From: Microcystis aeruginosa NIES-2549
GTDB lineage: Bacteria; Cyanobacteriota; Cyanobacteriia; Cyanobacteriales; Microcystaceae
Reading direction: 5' to 3'
Assembly: GCF_000981785.2 (NCBI RefSeq)
Contig: NZ_CP011304.1
Location: 3,420,001-3,452,000, forward strand
DNA length: 32,000 bases
Below the pieces are notes generated by a model, which searched no databases, was not told where the DNA came from, and was given only the letters and a program-made list of their open reading frames with translations. Positions 18,403 through 27,374 of this stretch are shown here, in pieces. Position numbers and translations under genes: made by a program. Position 1 is the stretch's first letter; every line of letters begins with the position of its first letter.

Positions 18403-19065
18403 ATGGGCTGGATTATGGTCTTATTTGCGATCGCTGTGGGCGGATTACTGATCTGGCAGAATCTGGGGGCGATCACTTTGGTCTTTTTTGGCGGTATTAT
18501 GACGGTAAAACTGCCCCTAGCGGTCTGGGTGTTACTTTTTACCCTAGCGGGAATTATCAGTGGTTTAACCCTGCAATTTCTCTATAGTTTTGGTCGTCCT
18601 GTGGCTGCCCCAAAAGCCTCCCCTCGTATAGCGAATAATCCTACAGTCCCACCCCCATCTCCCCGACCTACCTATATTCAAGATACTGCTGCTTCTGCAC
18701 CCCTTCGACGTAGCTCAGGGCAAGCGAGTAACGATTGGGAAAGAGATAGCGGTGATGATTGGAATTTTGATACACCCCCCCTTCGACGTAGCTCAGGGCA
18801 AGCCGAAAAACCGACCACCATTCAGGATCGGGAAGAATTCTCGCCTAGGGTAGGCGATGGGGAAAGAGTTGATTTTGTCAAGCCTCCTAGTGACAGTTCT
18901 CAAACTGGCTCGGTTTATTCCTATAGTTACCGCACAGCCAAACAGACTCGCGGGGAAAAGGCCGATCAAGTGTACGATGTCAATTATCGGATTATTACAC
19001 CCCCCGCCCAAGATCAAAACGAAGATCGGGAGGTAAACAAAGGGGATGAAGAGGAGTGGATTTAA
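18403..19065 (+). CDS. LapA-domain (DUF1049-like) membrane protein with a disordered Pro/Ser/Asp-rich tail
   Basis: 220 aa. There is a strong SD GGGAGG 6 nt upstream. Two N-terminal TM helices (LFAIAVGGLLIW, LAVWVLLFTLAGIISGL) are followed by a low-complexity tail that contains a duplicated PLRRSSGQA. Confidence 0.6.
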   Translation: MGWIMVLFAIAVGGLLIWQNLGAITLVFFGGIMTVKLPLAVWVLLFTLAGIISGLTLQFLYSFGRPVAAPKASPRIANNPTVPPPSPRPTYIQDTAASAPLRRSSGQASNDWERDSGDDWNFDTPPLRRSSGQAEKPTTIQDREEFSPRVGDGERVDFVKPPSDSSQTGSVYSYSYRTAKQTRGEKADQVYDVNYRIITPPAQDQNEDREVNKGDEEEWI

Positions 19066-19098
19066 CTTTGACAGAGACAGAACCAGTGCTGATCAGCT

Positions 19099-19155
19099 AA
19101 AAATTGCTAAAAAGACGGTAAAAAAAGGCTAAAAAACTCAATAATGTCCAAAAAA
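19099..19155. other. helically phased A-tracts (intrinsic DNA bend) upstream of glgA
   Basis: A5-A7 tracts start at 19099, 19109, 19120, 19131 and 19150, giving spacings of 10, 11, 11 and 19 nt. Confidence 0.6.
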
Positions 19156-19294
19156 GCTAATTATAGCCCTCGTTGGCTCTCTGGTTCGTTAAAGAAAAAT
19201 CTAGGCTAATCCGATAATAACCTACTTGCAAATCCTGCTAGGGGGGTTTTATCTGTTAAAATTTCTTGTCATCGTGAAGTGAAGCGGGAAGAGT

Positions 19295-20722
19295 ATGCGA
19301 ATTCTATTTGTGGGTGCCGAGGCCGCTCCAATTGCCAAAGTTGGGGGAATGGGGGACGTAATTGGGGCATTACCGAAAGTCTTGCGTCAGCTAGGTCATG
19401 ATGTGCGGATTTTTCTACCCTACTACGGTTTTCTTGCGGAAAAAATGGACATCCCTTCCGAACCCATTTGGTCAGGATTCGCCATGTTTCAGGATTTTTC
19501 AGTCTATGAAACGGTTTTACCCGATACGGATATTCCCCTCTACCTCTTTGGTCATCTAGCTTTCTCTGGACGTAGTATCTACGGAGGCGAAGATGAGGCC
19601 TGGAGATTTACCCTTTTTGCCAATGGTGCAGCGGAATTCGCCTGGAATTACTGGAAACCGCAAGTTATTCACTGTCATGATTGGCATACGGGCATGATTC
19701 CCGTCTGGATGCACCAAGACCCCGATATTAGCACGGTTTTTACTATCCATAATCTCGCCTACCAGGGGCCTTGGCGGGAGGCATTAGAAAAAATGACTTG
19801 GTGTCCTTGGTATATGCAGGGCGATAATACCATGGCTGCGGCGGTTCAATTTGCCAATCGCGTCACGACTGTCTCTCCCACCTATGCCCGTCAAATACAA
19901 ACCCCCATTTATGGCGAAAATTTAGAAGGATTATTGTCCTATATTTCTGGCAATCTGGTGGGGATTGTCAACGGCATCGATACGGAGGTGTATAACCCGG
20001 CTAAAGATGTTTATCTTAAGCAGAATTTTACCCCAGAAACCATCGAAAAACGTCTGGCCAATAAAATTGCCCTGCAAGAAGAAGTGGGGCTACAGGTCAG
20101 CAGAAATGCCTTTGTCATGGGCATGGTGACGCGTTTGGTGGAACAAAAAGGTATTGATCTAGTGATGCAAATTTTAGATCGCTTTCTCACCTATACCGAT
20201 GCTCAATTGATTATTTTGGGTACAGGCGATCGCTATTATGAAACCCAACTATGGGAGATGACTTCCCGTTTCCGGGGGCGAATGTCCCTGCATCTTCTCT
20301 ATAGTGATGCCCTTTCCCGTCGCATCTATGGGGGGGCCGATGCTTTGTTAATGCCTTCCCGTTTTGAACCCTGCGGCATCTCCCAATTAATGGCCATGCG
20401 TTATGGTTGCATTCCCATGGTACGCCGCACTGGTGGTTTAGTCGATACGGTATCTTTCCACGACCCAATTCAGGAAAGAGGAACAGGATTTAGTTTCGAT
20501 CGCTATGAACCTTTAGACCTGTTTACCTGTATGATCCGGACTTGGGAAAGTTTCCGTTATAAACAGGATTGGCAAAAACTACAGCAACGGGCCATGACTC
20601 AAGATTTTAGTTGGTATAAATCCGCTTTGGAATATCTCAAAATCTACAAACAAATCACTGGACAATCCGATCAATTATCCGATGAGGAAAAAGATAAATT
20701 TGTCGCCCTGACTAGCAGTTAA
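19295..20722 (+). CDS. glgA: glycogen synthase (ADP-glucose type, GT5)
   Basis: 475 aa. [27 protein letters not shown] is the KVGG motif, and the C-terminal half includes [12 protein letters not shown]. Confidence 0.93.
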   Translation: MRILFVGAEAAPIAKVGGMGDVIGALPKVLRQLGHDVRIFLPYYGFLAEKMDIPSEPIWSGFAMFQDFSVYETVLPDTDIPLYLFGHLAFSGRSIYGGEDEAWRFTLFANGAAEFAWNYWKPQVIHCHDWHTGMIPVWMHQDPDISTVFTIHNLAYQGPWREALEKMTWCPWYMQGDNTMAAAVQFANRVTTVSPTYARQIQTPIYGENLEGLLSYISGNLVGIVNGIDTEVYNPAKDVYLKQNFTPETIEKRLANKIALQEEVGLQVSRNAFVMGMVTRLVEQKGIDLVMQILDRFLTYTDAQLIILGTGDRYYETQLWEMTSRFRGRMSLHLLYSDALSRRIYGGADALLMPSRFEPCGISQLMAMRYGCIPMVRRTGGLVDTVSFHDPIQERGTGFSFDRYEPLDLFTCMIRTWESFRYKQDWQKLQQRAMTQDFSWYKSALEYLKIYKQITGQSDQLSDEEKDKFVALTSS

Positions 20723-20731
20723 ATCCTCGTT

Positions 20732-20762
20732 GAGTAGGGGTGAAGATATATCACCCCTACTC
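20732..20762. terminator. 12-bp hairpin between the convergent glgA and vWA genes
   Basis: GAGTAGGGGTGA-agatata-TCACCCCTACTC. There is no clear T-run on either side. Confidence 0.45.
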
Positions 20763-20771
20763 CGGTAGAAA

Positions 20772-21392
20772 TTAATCGGTAATGGCGTTGAGAAGAACTT
20801 CCGCTAGGGTCATATCTTCCATATCATCGATAGTAATTGTGTCAACGATATCGAATTTGGCCCCCGCCGATTCTAGTTGATCGTCTAAAGCTTTGAGAAA
20901 TTCGGTCGCTTGTCGATCATGGCCCACTTGAATCAGAGAAATGGCTAATTCTTGATCGCTATCGAGTTTTCGAGAAGCTTCGATAATTTGACGCATCACC
21001 GCTTTGCGATCATCTGGTTCTCCGTCGGTAATCACCAGAATAGTTTCTCCGTTGGGTTTAGTTTTGCCAGCAGTTTTGCGCTGAAAATAATTATTGAGGG
21101 CATCTTGGAGAACAGCGGCTAGGTCTGTCCTTCCCATGGGTTCATTTTCTTGATAAATTTGTGTCACCTTATCGGAAGTAACATTATCATAGCGTCGGAA
21201 ACGTCCAGAGAAAAGATAGATAGTGATGCCGTCGGGATCGATTTCCTCGCACTTTCTAGCCAAGGCGAGGGTGGATTCTTGGGCAATTTGCCAACGGGTT
21301 TTCTCACTGGGTTTATCAGCAGTGGACATACTGCCACTTTTGTCAATAATCAGAGTATAATCTCTGTCCTGTACAACACTTTCACTGGCCAT
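20772..21392 (-). CDS. von Willebrand factor A domain protein (cytosolic, MIDAS motif intact)
   Basis: The DxSxS MIDAS motif appears in LIIDKSGSM, followed by ILVITDGEPDD. I start it at ATG 21392 (MASESVV), which has a GGAGG SD 9 nt upstream, rather than at the track start 21413. There is no signal peptide or TM helix. Confidence 0.75.
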   Translation of the reverse strand: MASESVVQDRDYTLIIDKSGSMSTADKPSEKTRWQIAQESTLALARKCEEIDPDGITIYLFSGRFRRYDNVTSDKVTQIYQENEPMGRTDLAAVLQDALNNYFQRKTAGKTKPNGETILVITDGEPDDRKAVMRQIIEASRKLDSDQELAISLIQVGHDRQATEFLKALDDQLESAGAKFDIVDTITIDDMEDMTLAEVLLNAITD

Positions 21393-21586
21393 AGGGGCTA
21401 TACCTCCAAGCAATTTGCGCTCGTCCTAGTCTAATAATTATTAAACTCTAGGATGGAAACTCTACCTCGATCGACTAGGGTTTTTTAACTATTGGGGAAG
21501 GAGACAGCGTAATCAACAGCAGAAACTATCGCCAGAAAACCGGTCGGGCTAAAATGAAAAAAGTATGAAAATTATTTCCTTAGCCG

Positions 21587-21919
21587 ATGACTGATAGCAA
21601 ATCGATCGCCTCAACCGAAAAAAAGCCAGATCAGCCACCTTCTTGGAGTTTTTGGACGGTGTTTAGTTCCACCTTCCTAACCATATTTTTTGCTGAAATC
21701 GGCGATAAAACCCAATTAGCCACCCTTCTGATCAGTGCCGAATCCCAATCCCCCTGGGTGGTTTTTGCCGGGGCAGCCAGCGCTTTAATCGCTACCAGTC
21801 TCCTCGGTGTCCTGATTGGTTATTGGATTGCGCGTCGTCTTTCCCCGAAAACTTTAGATATCGGTGTCGCTATTCTTCTCCTTTTGATCACTGGTTTACT
21901 CATCGGCGATATTCTCTAA
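21587..21919 (+). CDS. UPF0016 (TMEM165/GDT1/Mnx) half-transporter, subunit 1
   Basis: 110 aa, three predicted TM helices, signature EIGDKTQ. Confidence 0.8.
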   Translation: MTDSKSIASTEKKPDQPPSWSFWTVFSSTFLTIFFAEIGDKTQLATLLISAESQSPWVVFAGAASALIATSLLGVLIGYWIARRLSPKTLDIGVAILLLLITGLLIGDIL

Positions 21920-21923
21920 TCAA

Positions 21924-21970
21924 TCAGTGATCAGTGTGACTGTTTACTGTTTACTGTTCACTGTTCACTG
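21924..21970. repeat. heptamer array (TCAGTGA, TGTTTAC x2, TGTTCAC x2)
   Basis: It fills most of the 79-nt spacer between the two UPF0016 half genes and starts 5 nt after the first stop. Confidence 0.85.
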
Positions 21971-21998
21971 GAAAAAGCTTCCCATCTCCCTAGAATTT

Positions 21999-22274
21999 AT
22001 GAATTGGCAATTATTCGGACTGACATTTATCACGGTTTTTTTGGCAGAAATCGGCGATAAAAGTCAATTAGTAGCGATCGCTCTCGGTGGCAGTTCCAAA
22101 TCACCTAAAGCTGTCTTTTTTGGCTCAATTACCGCCTTAATCTGCACCAGTTTCTTAGGAGTCCTTGCGGGCGGCAGTATAGCGCAATTATTCCCCGCTA
22201 AGATATTAAAAGCGATAGCGGCCATTGGTTTTGCGCTGCTTGCTGTCCGGCTGCTTTGGCCAGATTCGGATTGA
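21999..22274 (+). CDS. UPF0016 (TMEM165/GDT1/Mnx) half-transporter, subunit 2
   Basis: Signature EIGDKSQ. I start it at ATG 21999 (MNWQLFGLTF) because the first 24 track codons are a translated heptamer array. Confidence 0.78.
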   Translation: MNWQLFGLTFITVFLAEIGDKSQLVAIALGGSSKSPKAVFFGSITALICTSFLGVLAGGSIAQLFPAKILKAIAAIGFALLAVRLLWPDSD

Positions 22275-22311
22275 TAATTGGGTTTGCGGCAAAAAGCTTT
22301 TCGGTGGGGGC

Positions 22312-22395
22312 AGGGTGTGGGGTGTGGGGTGTGGGGTGTGGGGTGTGGGGTGTGGGGTGTAGGGTGTGGGGTGTAGGGTGTGGGGTGTGGGGTGT
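22312..22395 (+). repeat. (AGGGTGT/GGGGTGT) x12
   Basis: 84 nt in perfect register, the same unit as the array at 9263-9367. Confidence 0.95.
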
Positions 22396-22425
22396 CGGAA
22401 GAATAAATAGAAATAATCTCCTATC

Positions 22426-22467
22426 TCCTGCCTCCTGTCTCCCGACTCCTGCCTCCTGTCTCCCGAC
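22426..22467 (+). repeat. 21-nt unit TCCTGCCTCCTGTCTCCCGAC x2 (identical copies)
   Basis: Direct reading. Confidence 0.9.
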
Positions 22468-22527
22468 TCCTGATAGCTAAAAAACTGAGGCAAATTCCAG
22501 AAAAAATAATTAATTTTTTGGAAAAAA

Positions 22528-22541
22528 GTAGCAAAAATTAC
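22528..22541. promoter_or_regulatory. NtcA-type box, perfect GTA-N8-TAC (distal)
   Basis: GTAgcaaaaatTAC. It is part of a 30-bp tandem duplication (22523-22552 and 22553-22582). Confidence 0.5.
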
Positions 22542-22557
22542 AAAAAATATCCAAAAA

Positions 22558-22599
22558 GTAGCGAAAATCACAAAAAATCTGCTAACCTAGCCGTAATAT
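22558..22599 (+). promoter_or_regulatory. NtcA-activated class II promoter candidate for urtA: GTA-N8-CAC, 22 nt, TAATAT
   Basis: GTAgcgaaaatCAC spans 22558-22571. Exactly 22 nt further is the -10 element TAATAT (22594-22599), which fits TAN3T. The predicted TSS is about 22606, roughly 90 nt upstream of urtA. NtcA dependence of urtA is established in Anabaena and Synechocystis. Confidence 0.6.
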
Positions 22600-22696
22600 C
22601 ACACAGATATTTGTAGAAAGATTCCCGAAAATCTCCTCAGCAAAAACGTCCGTGTGAAGTAGCTAATATTGTCAGCGAGGTTAGTTCAAGATCATC

Positions 22697-24013
22697 ATGT
22701 CAAATTTAGGACGACGTAAATTTCTCCTGTACGGTTCTGCCGCTTTGGGAACCAGTATTCTGTTAAAAGCTTGCGGTGGCAATCAAAGCCAAACCCCCAC
22801 GGCTAGTCCTAGCCCGGCTGCTAGTCCCGCCCCAGCTTCTGGAGAGACAATTAAGGTGGGTATTCTGCACTCCCTCAGTGGCACCATGGCCATCAGTGAA
22901 ACCAGCGTAGTTGATGCGGAAAAACTGGCGATCGAGGAAATCAATGCCGCCGGTGGTGTTCTTGGTAAACAGATCGAGGCAGTGGTGGAAGATGGCGCTT
23001 CCGATTGGCCAACTTTTGCCGAAAAAGCCACCAAACTGATCGATCAGGACAAAGTTGCGACTGTCTTCGGTTGTTGGACTTCCGCCAGTCGTAAGGCGGT
23101 TTTACCCGTGTTTGAAGCCAAAAACCATATGCTCTGGTATCCTGTCCAGTACGAGGGTCAAGAGTGTTCTAGAAATATCTTCTACACCGGTGCTGCCCCC
23201 AACCAACAGATCGAGCCAGCAGTGACTTGGTTGCTGGAAAATAAAGGGAAAAAATTCTTCCTCGTCGGTTCCGACTACGTTTTTCCCCGCACTGCCAACA
23301 CGATTATTAAAGAGCAGTTAAAGGCGAAAGGTGGCGAAACCGTGGGCGAAGACTACCTACCCCTAGGTAACACGGAAGTTACCCCGATTATCACCAAAAT
23401 TAAGCAAGCTTTACCCGATGGTGGCGTTATTTTCAACACCCTCAACGGTGACAGTAACGTGGCTTTCTTTAAACAACTGCAAGCGGCCGGTTTAACTCCC
23501 GATAAATATCCGGTCATGTCGGTGAGTGTTGCCGAGGAAGAAGTTAAACAAATCGGTAAGGAATATCTCCTCGGTCAATACGCCTCTTGGAACTATTTCC
23601 AAACCGTAGATACCCCCGCTAACAAGAAATTTGTTGAGGCTTTTCGAGCTAAATTCGGTCAGGAGCGCGTCACTAACGACCCCATGGAGGCGGCCTACAT
23701 CATGGTCTATCTCTGGAAGCAAGCGGTGGAACAAGCGGGAACCGCCGATGATCTTGACAAAGTTCGCGCCGCCGCCGTGGGACAAAAATTCGATGCTCCC
23801 GAAGGACCGGTGCAAATGTTCCCTAATCATCATATCTCCAAAACCGTCCGCATTGGTCAGGTGAGAGATGATGGTCTATTTGACATCGTTTGGTCAACTC
23901 CGGGGGTAGTGGATCCGCAACCTTGGAACCAATTTGTCCCCGAAACTAAGGGCTTTGCCTGTGACTGGACGGATCCGGCCAAGGGCGGTAAATTCAAAAT
24001 GGAAAAATCCTAG
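22697..24013 (+). CDS. urtA: urea ABC transporter substrate-binding protein
   Basis: 438 aa. It has the lipoprotein-type signal LLKACGG and a LivK-like fold ([17 protein letters not shown]), and it heads the urtBCDE genes. Confidence 0.9.
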   Translation: MSNLGRRKFLLYGSAALGTSILLKACGGNQSQTPTASPSPAASPAPASGETIKVGILHSLSGTMAISETSVVDAEKLAIEEINAAGGVLGKQIEAVVEDGASDWPTFAEKATKLIDQDKVATVFGCWTSASRKAVLPVFEAKNHMLWYPVQYEGQECSRNIFYTGAAPNQQIEPAVTWLLENKGKKFFLVGSDYVFPRTANTIIKEQLKAKGGETVGEDYLPLGNTEVTPIITKIKQALPDGGVIFNTLNGDSNVAFFKQLQAAGLTPDKYPVMSVSVAEEEVKQIGKEYLLGQYASWNYFQTVDTPANKKFVEAFRAKFGQERVTNDPMEAAYIMVYLWKQAVEQAGTADDLDKVRAAAVGQKFDAPEGPVQMFPNHHISKTVRIGQVRDDGLFDIVWSTPGVVDPQPWNQFVPETKGFACDWTDPAKGGKFKMEKS

Positions 24014-24042
24014 TTTTAGGAATTTTTCCGGACAGTAACGAG

Positions 24043-24077
24043 AGTGAGGTGGGCATTACTGTTCACCCCACTTTTTA
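24043..24077 (+). terminator. hairpin plus T-run after urtA (partial terminator/attenuator)
   Basis: AGTGAGGTGGGC-attact-GTTCACCCCACT forms a 12-bp stem with one mismatch and two G.U pairs, followed by TTTT. Confidence 0.5.
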
Positions 24078-24107
24078 AAGCTTAAAAATGCACAGGAATA
24101 ACGAAAA

Positions 24108-25268
24108 GTGTCAGCATTATTGGAAGGATTATTTAATGGTATTAGTATCGGTTCTGTGCTATTGCTGGCCGCTTTAGGACTAGCGATTGTCTTTGGACTG
24201 ATGGGGGTGATTAATCTCGCTCACGGTGAGTTAATGATGTTAGGGGCCTACAGTACTTTTGTGGTGCAGAATATCTTTAAAGGTTTCGGTTCTCCCCTCT
24301 TTGATACTTATGTTTTATTCGCCCTACCGATCGCTTTTTTAGTGTCGGGATTGGCGGGATTATTATTAGAAAGGGGGGTGATTAGGTTCCTCTACGGCAG
24401 ACCCCTAGAAACGCTGCTGGCCACTTGGGGAGTTAGCTTAATTCTGCAGCAATTTGTCAGAAGTGTCAACGGGTTATTAGTAATTAGTTTGATAGTTTTC
24501 TGTCTGTTATTTTTTGGGGCGATGACCCTGTTAAGTCGTCGCTTAGATTGGGAAAGAATTCGCAATTTAGCTATCGGTGTCACCCTCCCTTTATCCCTAG
24601 CTATCGCTGGATTATTAGGCTATCTTTTATCTTTTAATCCGGTTCTCGCTAAACCCTGGTTTAGTGCCAGAAACGTCGATGTCACGGCTCCTGCTTGGTT
24701 ACGCGGAGGTTTACCTTTACCCGGGTTTCAAATGCCCTACACCCGTCTATTTATTATCATTTTAACTGCCATTTGTTTGTTAGGAACCTATTGGTTTTTA
24801 AATAAATCTTCTTGGGGTTTACGCATTCGTGCCGTCACCCAAAATCGCCAGATGAGTGCCTGTTTAGGCATTCCGACAAATCAAGTGGATGCTTTGACTT
24901 TTGCCCTCGGTTCGGGATTAGCTGGAGTTGCCGGTTGTGCGATTAGTTTTTTGGGTTCCGTCGGTCCAAATGTGGGACAAAATTATATCGTTGATACCTT
25001 CATGGTAGTGGTGGTGGGGGGAGTGGGTAATCTCCTAGGAACTATTATCGCAGCTATGGCCATCGGTGTGGCTAATTATTTAATTGGTTCGGGAACTTTT
25101 GCCCTGATTTTTGGTTCCGTAGAAGCACTAAAACCCCTAACGGATTTCTTCACCTTTTTCTCCACCACTAGCATGGCAAAAGTGATGATTTTTGCTTTAA
25201 TTATTGCTTTCTTGCAATTCAAACCTGCGGGAATTTTTCCTCCTAAAGGACGTACTGCCGAGTTATAG
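24108..25268 (+). CDS. urtB: urea ABC transporter permease
   Basis: 386 aa. GTG start, LivH-type permease. Confidence 0.88.
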   Translation: MSALLEGLFNGISIGSVLLLAALGLAIVFGLMGVINLAHGELMMLGAYSTFVVQNIFKGFGSPLFDTYVLFALPIAFLVSGLAGLLLERGVIRFLYGRPLETLLATWGVSLILQQFVRSVNGLLVISLIVFCLLFFGAMTLLSRRLDWERIRNLAIGVTLPLSLAIAGLLGYLLSFNPVLAKPWFSARNVDVTAPAWLRGGLPLPGFQMPYTRLFIIILTAICLLGTYWFLNKSSWGLRIRAVTQNRQMSACLGIPTNQVDALTFALGSGLAGVAGCAISFLGSVGPNVGQNYIVDTFMVVVVGGVGNLLGTIIAAMAIGVANYLIGSGTFALIFGSVEALKPLTDFFTFFSTTSMAKVMIFALIIAFLQFKPAGIFPPKGRTAEL

Positions 25269-25271
25269 ATT

Positions 25272-26426
25272 ATGATTACCGAAACCATCACTAGAAACGA
25301 ATCCCGACAACGGGAAAAGAAAAAGTTAATCACGGAAGTCGCTGTTATTGTTGGTTTAGTGGTCATCTTTGCGCTGTTACTGCCCTTAACTTTGTCGGCT
25401 TTCCGTTTGCGTTTATTGGGGCGATTTCTTTCCCTGGCTATTGTCGCCTTGGGGATAGATTTAATCTGGGGTTATACTGGTTTATTAAGTCTCGGTCATG
25501 GGATCTTTTTCGCCCTAGGTGGTTACGCTTTGGCCATGTACCTAAATCTTCAGTTACCCCCCGGACAACTGCCCGAATTTTTTACTCTCTACGGGGTGAC
25601 AGAATTACCTTTTGTTTGGCAACCTTTTTATTCCTTACCTTTGACAATTCTAGCCCTAATTATTGTACCAGCGATCATGGCGGGATTATTGGGTTATTTA
25701 ATCTTCCGCAATCGCATTAAAGGGGTTTATTTCTCGATTTTGACTCAAGCGGCTTTACTGGTATTTTTTAACTTTTTTAACGGTCAACAAAAGTTAATTA
25801 ACGGCACTAATGGCTTAAAAACCGATACCCAAACAATTTTCGGGTTGCTGGTGGGTTCCGATGCCGTTCAAGTGGCCTTTTATTTACTCACAATTGTCTG
25901 TTTACTGGCTATTTATCTCCTCTGTCGTTGGTTAACTACGGGCAGATTTGGGCGCTTGTTAGTCGCCATTCGCGATGATGAGGTGCGTGTCCGTTTTTCC
26001 GGTTATGATCCTACTTGGTTTAAGGTGTTAGTTTTTGCAATTTCTGGGGCGATTGCCGGTGTTGCCGGCGCTCTTTATACGGTGCAAACGGGAATTATCA
26101 CCCCTAACTCTATGGATGTGGCTTTTTCCATTGAAATGGTGATTTGGGTGGCTGTGGGGGGACGTGCTACTCTTGTGGGGGCAGTTGTCGGTACTTTATT
26201 AGTACGCATGGCCCAAACTTTTTTAAGCGAACAATTTCCGGAAGTCTGGGTATTTTTCCAAGGGGCCCTATTCCTAATTGTGGTGACAGTGCTTCCCGAT
26301 GGTCTTCTCGGTGGAATTAAACGTTTGCTGACTCATTTTGGTTTCCGCAAAACTTTAATTACCTATCCTAGTATTGAGGAAGCTCCGGAAGTGCAACTGG
26401 AAAAAGAAGAATTAGAGCATAAGTGA
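25272..26426 (+). CDS. urtC: urea ABC transporter permease
   Basis: 384 aa. LivM-type permease, starting 4 nt after urtB. Confidence 0.88.
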   Translation: MITETITRNESRQREKKKLITEVAVIVGLVVIFALLLPLTLSAFRLRLLGRFLSLAIVALGIDLIWGYTGLLSLGHGIFFALGGYALAMYLNLQLPPGQLPEFFTLYGVTELPFVWQPFYSLPLTILALIIVPAIMAGLLGYLIFRNRIKGVYFSILTQAALLVFFNFFNGQQKLINGTNGLKTDTQTIFGLLVGSDAVQVAFYLLTIVCLLAIYLLCRWLTTGRFGRLLVAIRDDEVRVRFSGYDPTWFKVLVFAISGAIAGVAGALYTVQTGIITPNSMDVAFSIEMVIWVAVGGRATLVGAVVGTLLVRMAQTFLSEQFPEVWVFFQGALFLIVVTVLPDGLLGGIKRLLTHFGFRKTLITYPSIEEAPEVQLEKEELEHK

Positions 26427-26451
26427 CCTTATTCTGTTAGTATTCTCCGAG

Positions 26452-26571
26452 TCAGGAGTGGGTCGTCAGGAGTGGGTCGTCAGGAGTCAGGAGATTATTT
26501 TTATTTATTCTTCCCACACCCTACACCCTACACCCTGCTCCCCAATTCATAATTCATAATTCATAATTACC
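26452..26571 (-). repeat. composite repeat module: (TCAGGAGTGGGTCG) x2, (TCAGGAG) x2, a 26-nt core, (ACACCCT) x3, (AATTCAT) x3
   Basis: Read on the minus strand, it has the same order as the module at 22312-22472. Its core, GGAAGAATAAATAAAAATAATCTCCT, matches 22397-22422 at 25 of 26 positions. Confidence 0.85.
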
Positions 26572-26589
26572 AATTCCCTCTTAGAAATT

Positions 26590-27336
26590 ATGACTGGAAA
26601 AATCTTAGAAATCGAGAATCTTACCGTTAGTTTTGGGGGTTTTAAAGCTCTCAATAATCTTAATTTCAGTATGGATACGGGAGAATTGCGGGTGATTATC
26701 GGTCCCAATGGTGCGGGAAAAACCACTTTTTTAGATGTGATTACGGGGAAAGTGCAACCCACCATCGGACGGGTATTATTTAAAGGTCGAGATCTCCGCA
26801 AAATTCCCGAATTTGCGATCGCTCGTTTAGGTATTGGTCGCAAATTCCAAACTCCCAGGGTATATTTAAATCTAACTGTCCGAGAAAATCTCGATTTAGT
26901 TAGTAACCGTAATAAAAATGTTTTCTCGACTCTTTTCGGTCGTCCTCCCCTAGAAGATAGCAGAAAAGTTATTGGTTTATTGGAAACTATCGGGTTAACT
27001 GCTAAAGCTGATTTACCCGCTTCTTTACTGTCCCACGGGGAAAAACAACGCTTAGAAATTGGTCAATTAGTGGCCCAGTCACCAGATTTACTGCTAGTAG
27101 ATGAACCCGTGGCAGGATTAACTGATGAGGAAACGGAAAACGTGGGTAATTTGTTGTTAAATCTAGCGGAAAGTCATTCAATTATTGTCATTGAACACGA
27201 TATGGAATTTGTCCGGCAAATTGCCCGCAAAGTCACGGTTTTACACCAAGGAACTGTTCTATGTGAGGGGAATATGGAGCAAATTCAAAATGATCCGAAA
27301 GTTATTGAAGTTTATCTAGGTTCCTCGGAAGAATAA
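26590..27336 (+). CDS. urtD: urea ABC transporter ATP-binding protein
   Basis: 248 aa. Walker A GPNGAGKTT, LSHGEKQRLEIG and Walker B LLLVDEP. Confidence 0.88.
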   Translation: MTGKILEIENLTVSFGGFKALNNLNFSMDTGELRVIIGPNGAGKTTFLDVITGKVQPTIGRVLFKGRDLRKIPEFAIARLGIGRKFQTPRVYLNLTVRENLDLVSNRNKNVFSTLFGRPPLEDSRKVIGLLETIGLTAKADLPASLLSHGEKQRLEIGQLVAQSPDLLLVDEPVAGLTDEETENVGNLLLNLAESHSIIVIEHDMEFVRQIARKVTVLHQGTVLCEGNMEQIQNDPKVIEVYLGSSEE

Positions 27337-27374
27337 AAAGTCAAACGATTAAAATTAGTTAAAAAGGGTTGACA

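Noticed and set aside
17441-21434. ORFs 17441-17632(-), 18793-19017(-), 19556-19750(-), 20211-20468(-), 21150-21434(+) and 21164-21346(-).
   Set aside because: They are antisense or out of frame within ubiX, the LapA-like gene, glgA and the vWA gene.
21927-21998. The upstream start for UPF0016 subunit 2 suggested by the ORF track.
   Set aside because: The first 24 codons translate the heptamer array (TGTTTAC/TGTTCAC). The ATG at 21999 gives a protein colinear with subunit 1.
22206-22571. ORFs 22206-22571(-) and 22256-22480(+), with HPTPHTPHPTPHT and GCGVWGVGCGVWG repeats.
   Set aside because: They are pure translations of the (GGGGTGT)n and 21-mer arrays, with no start context.
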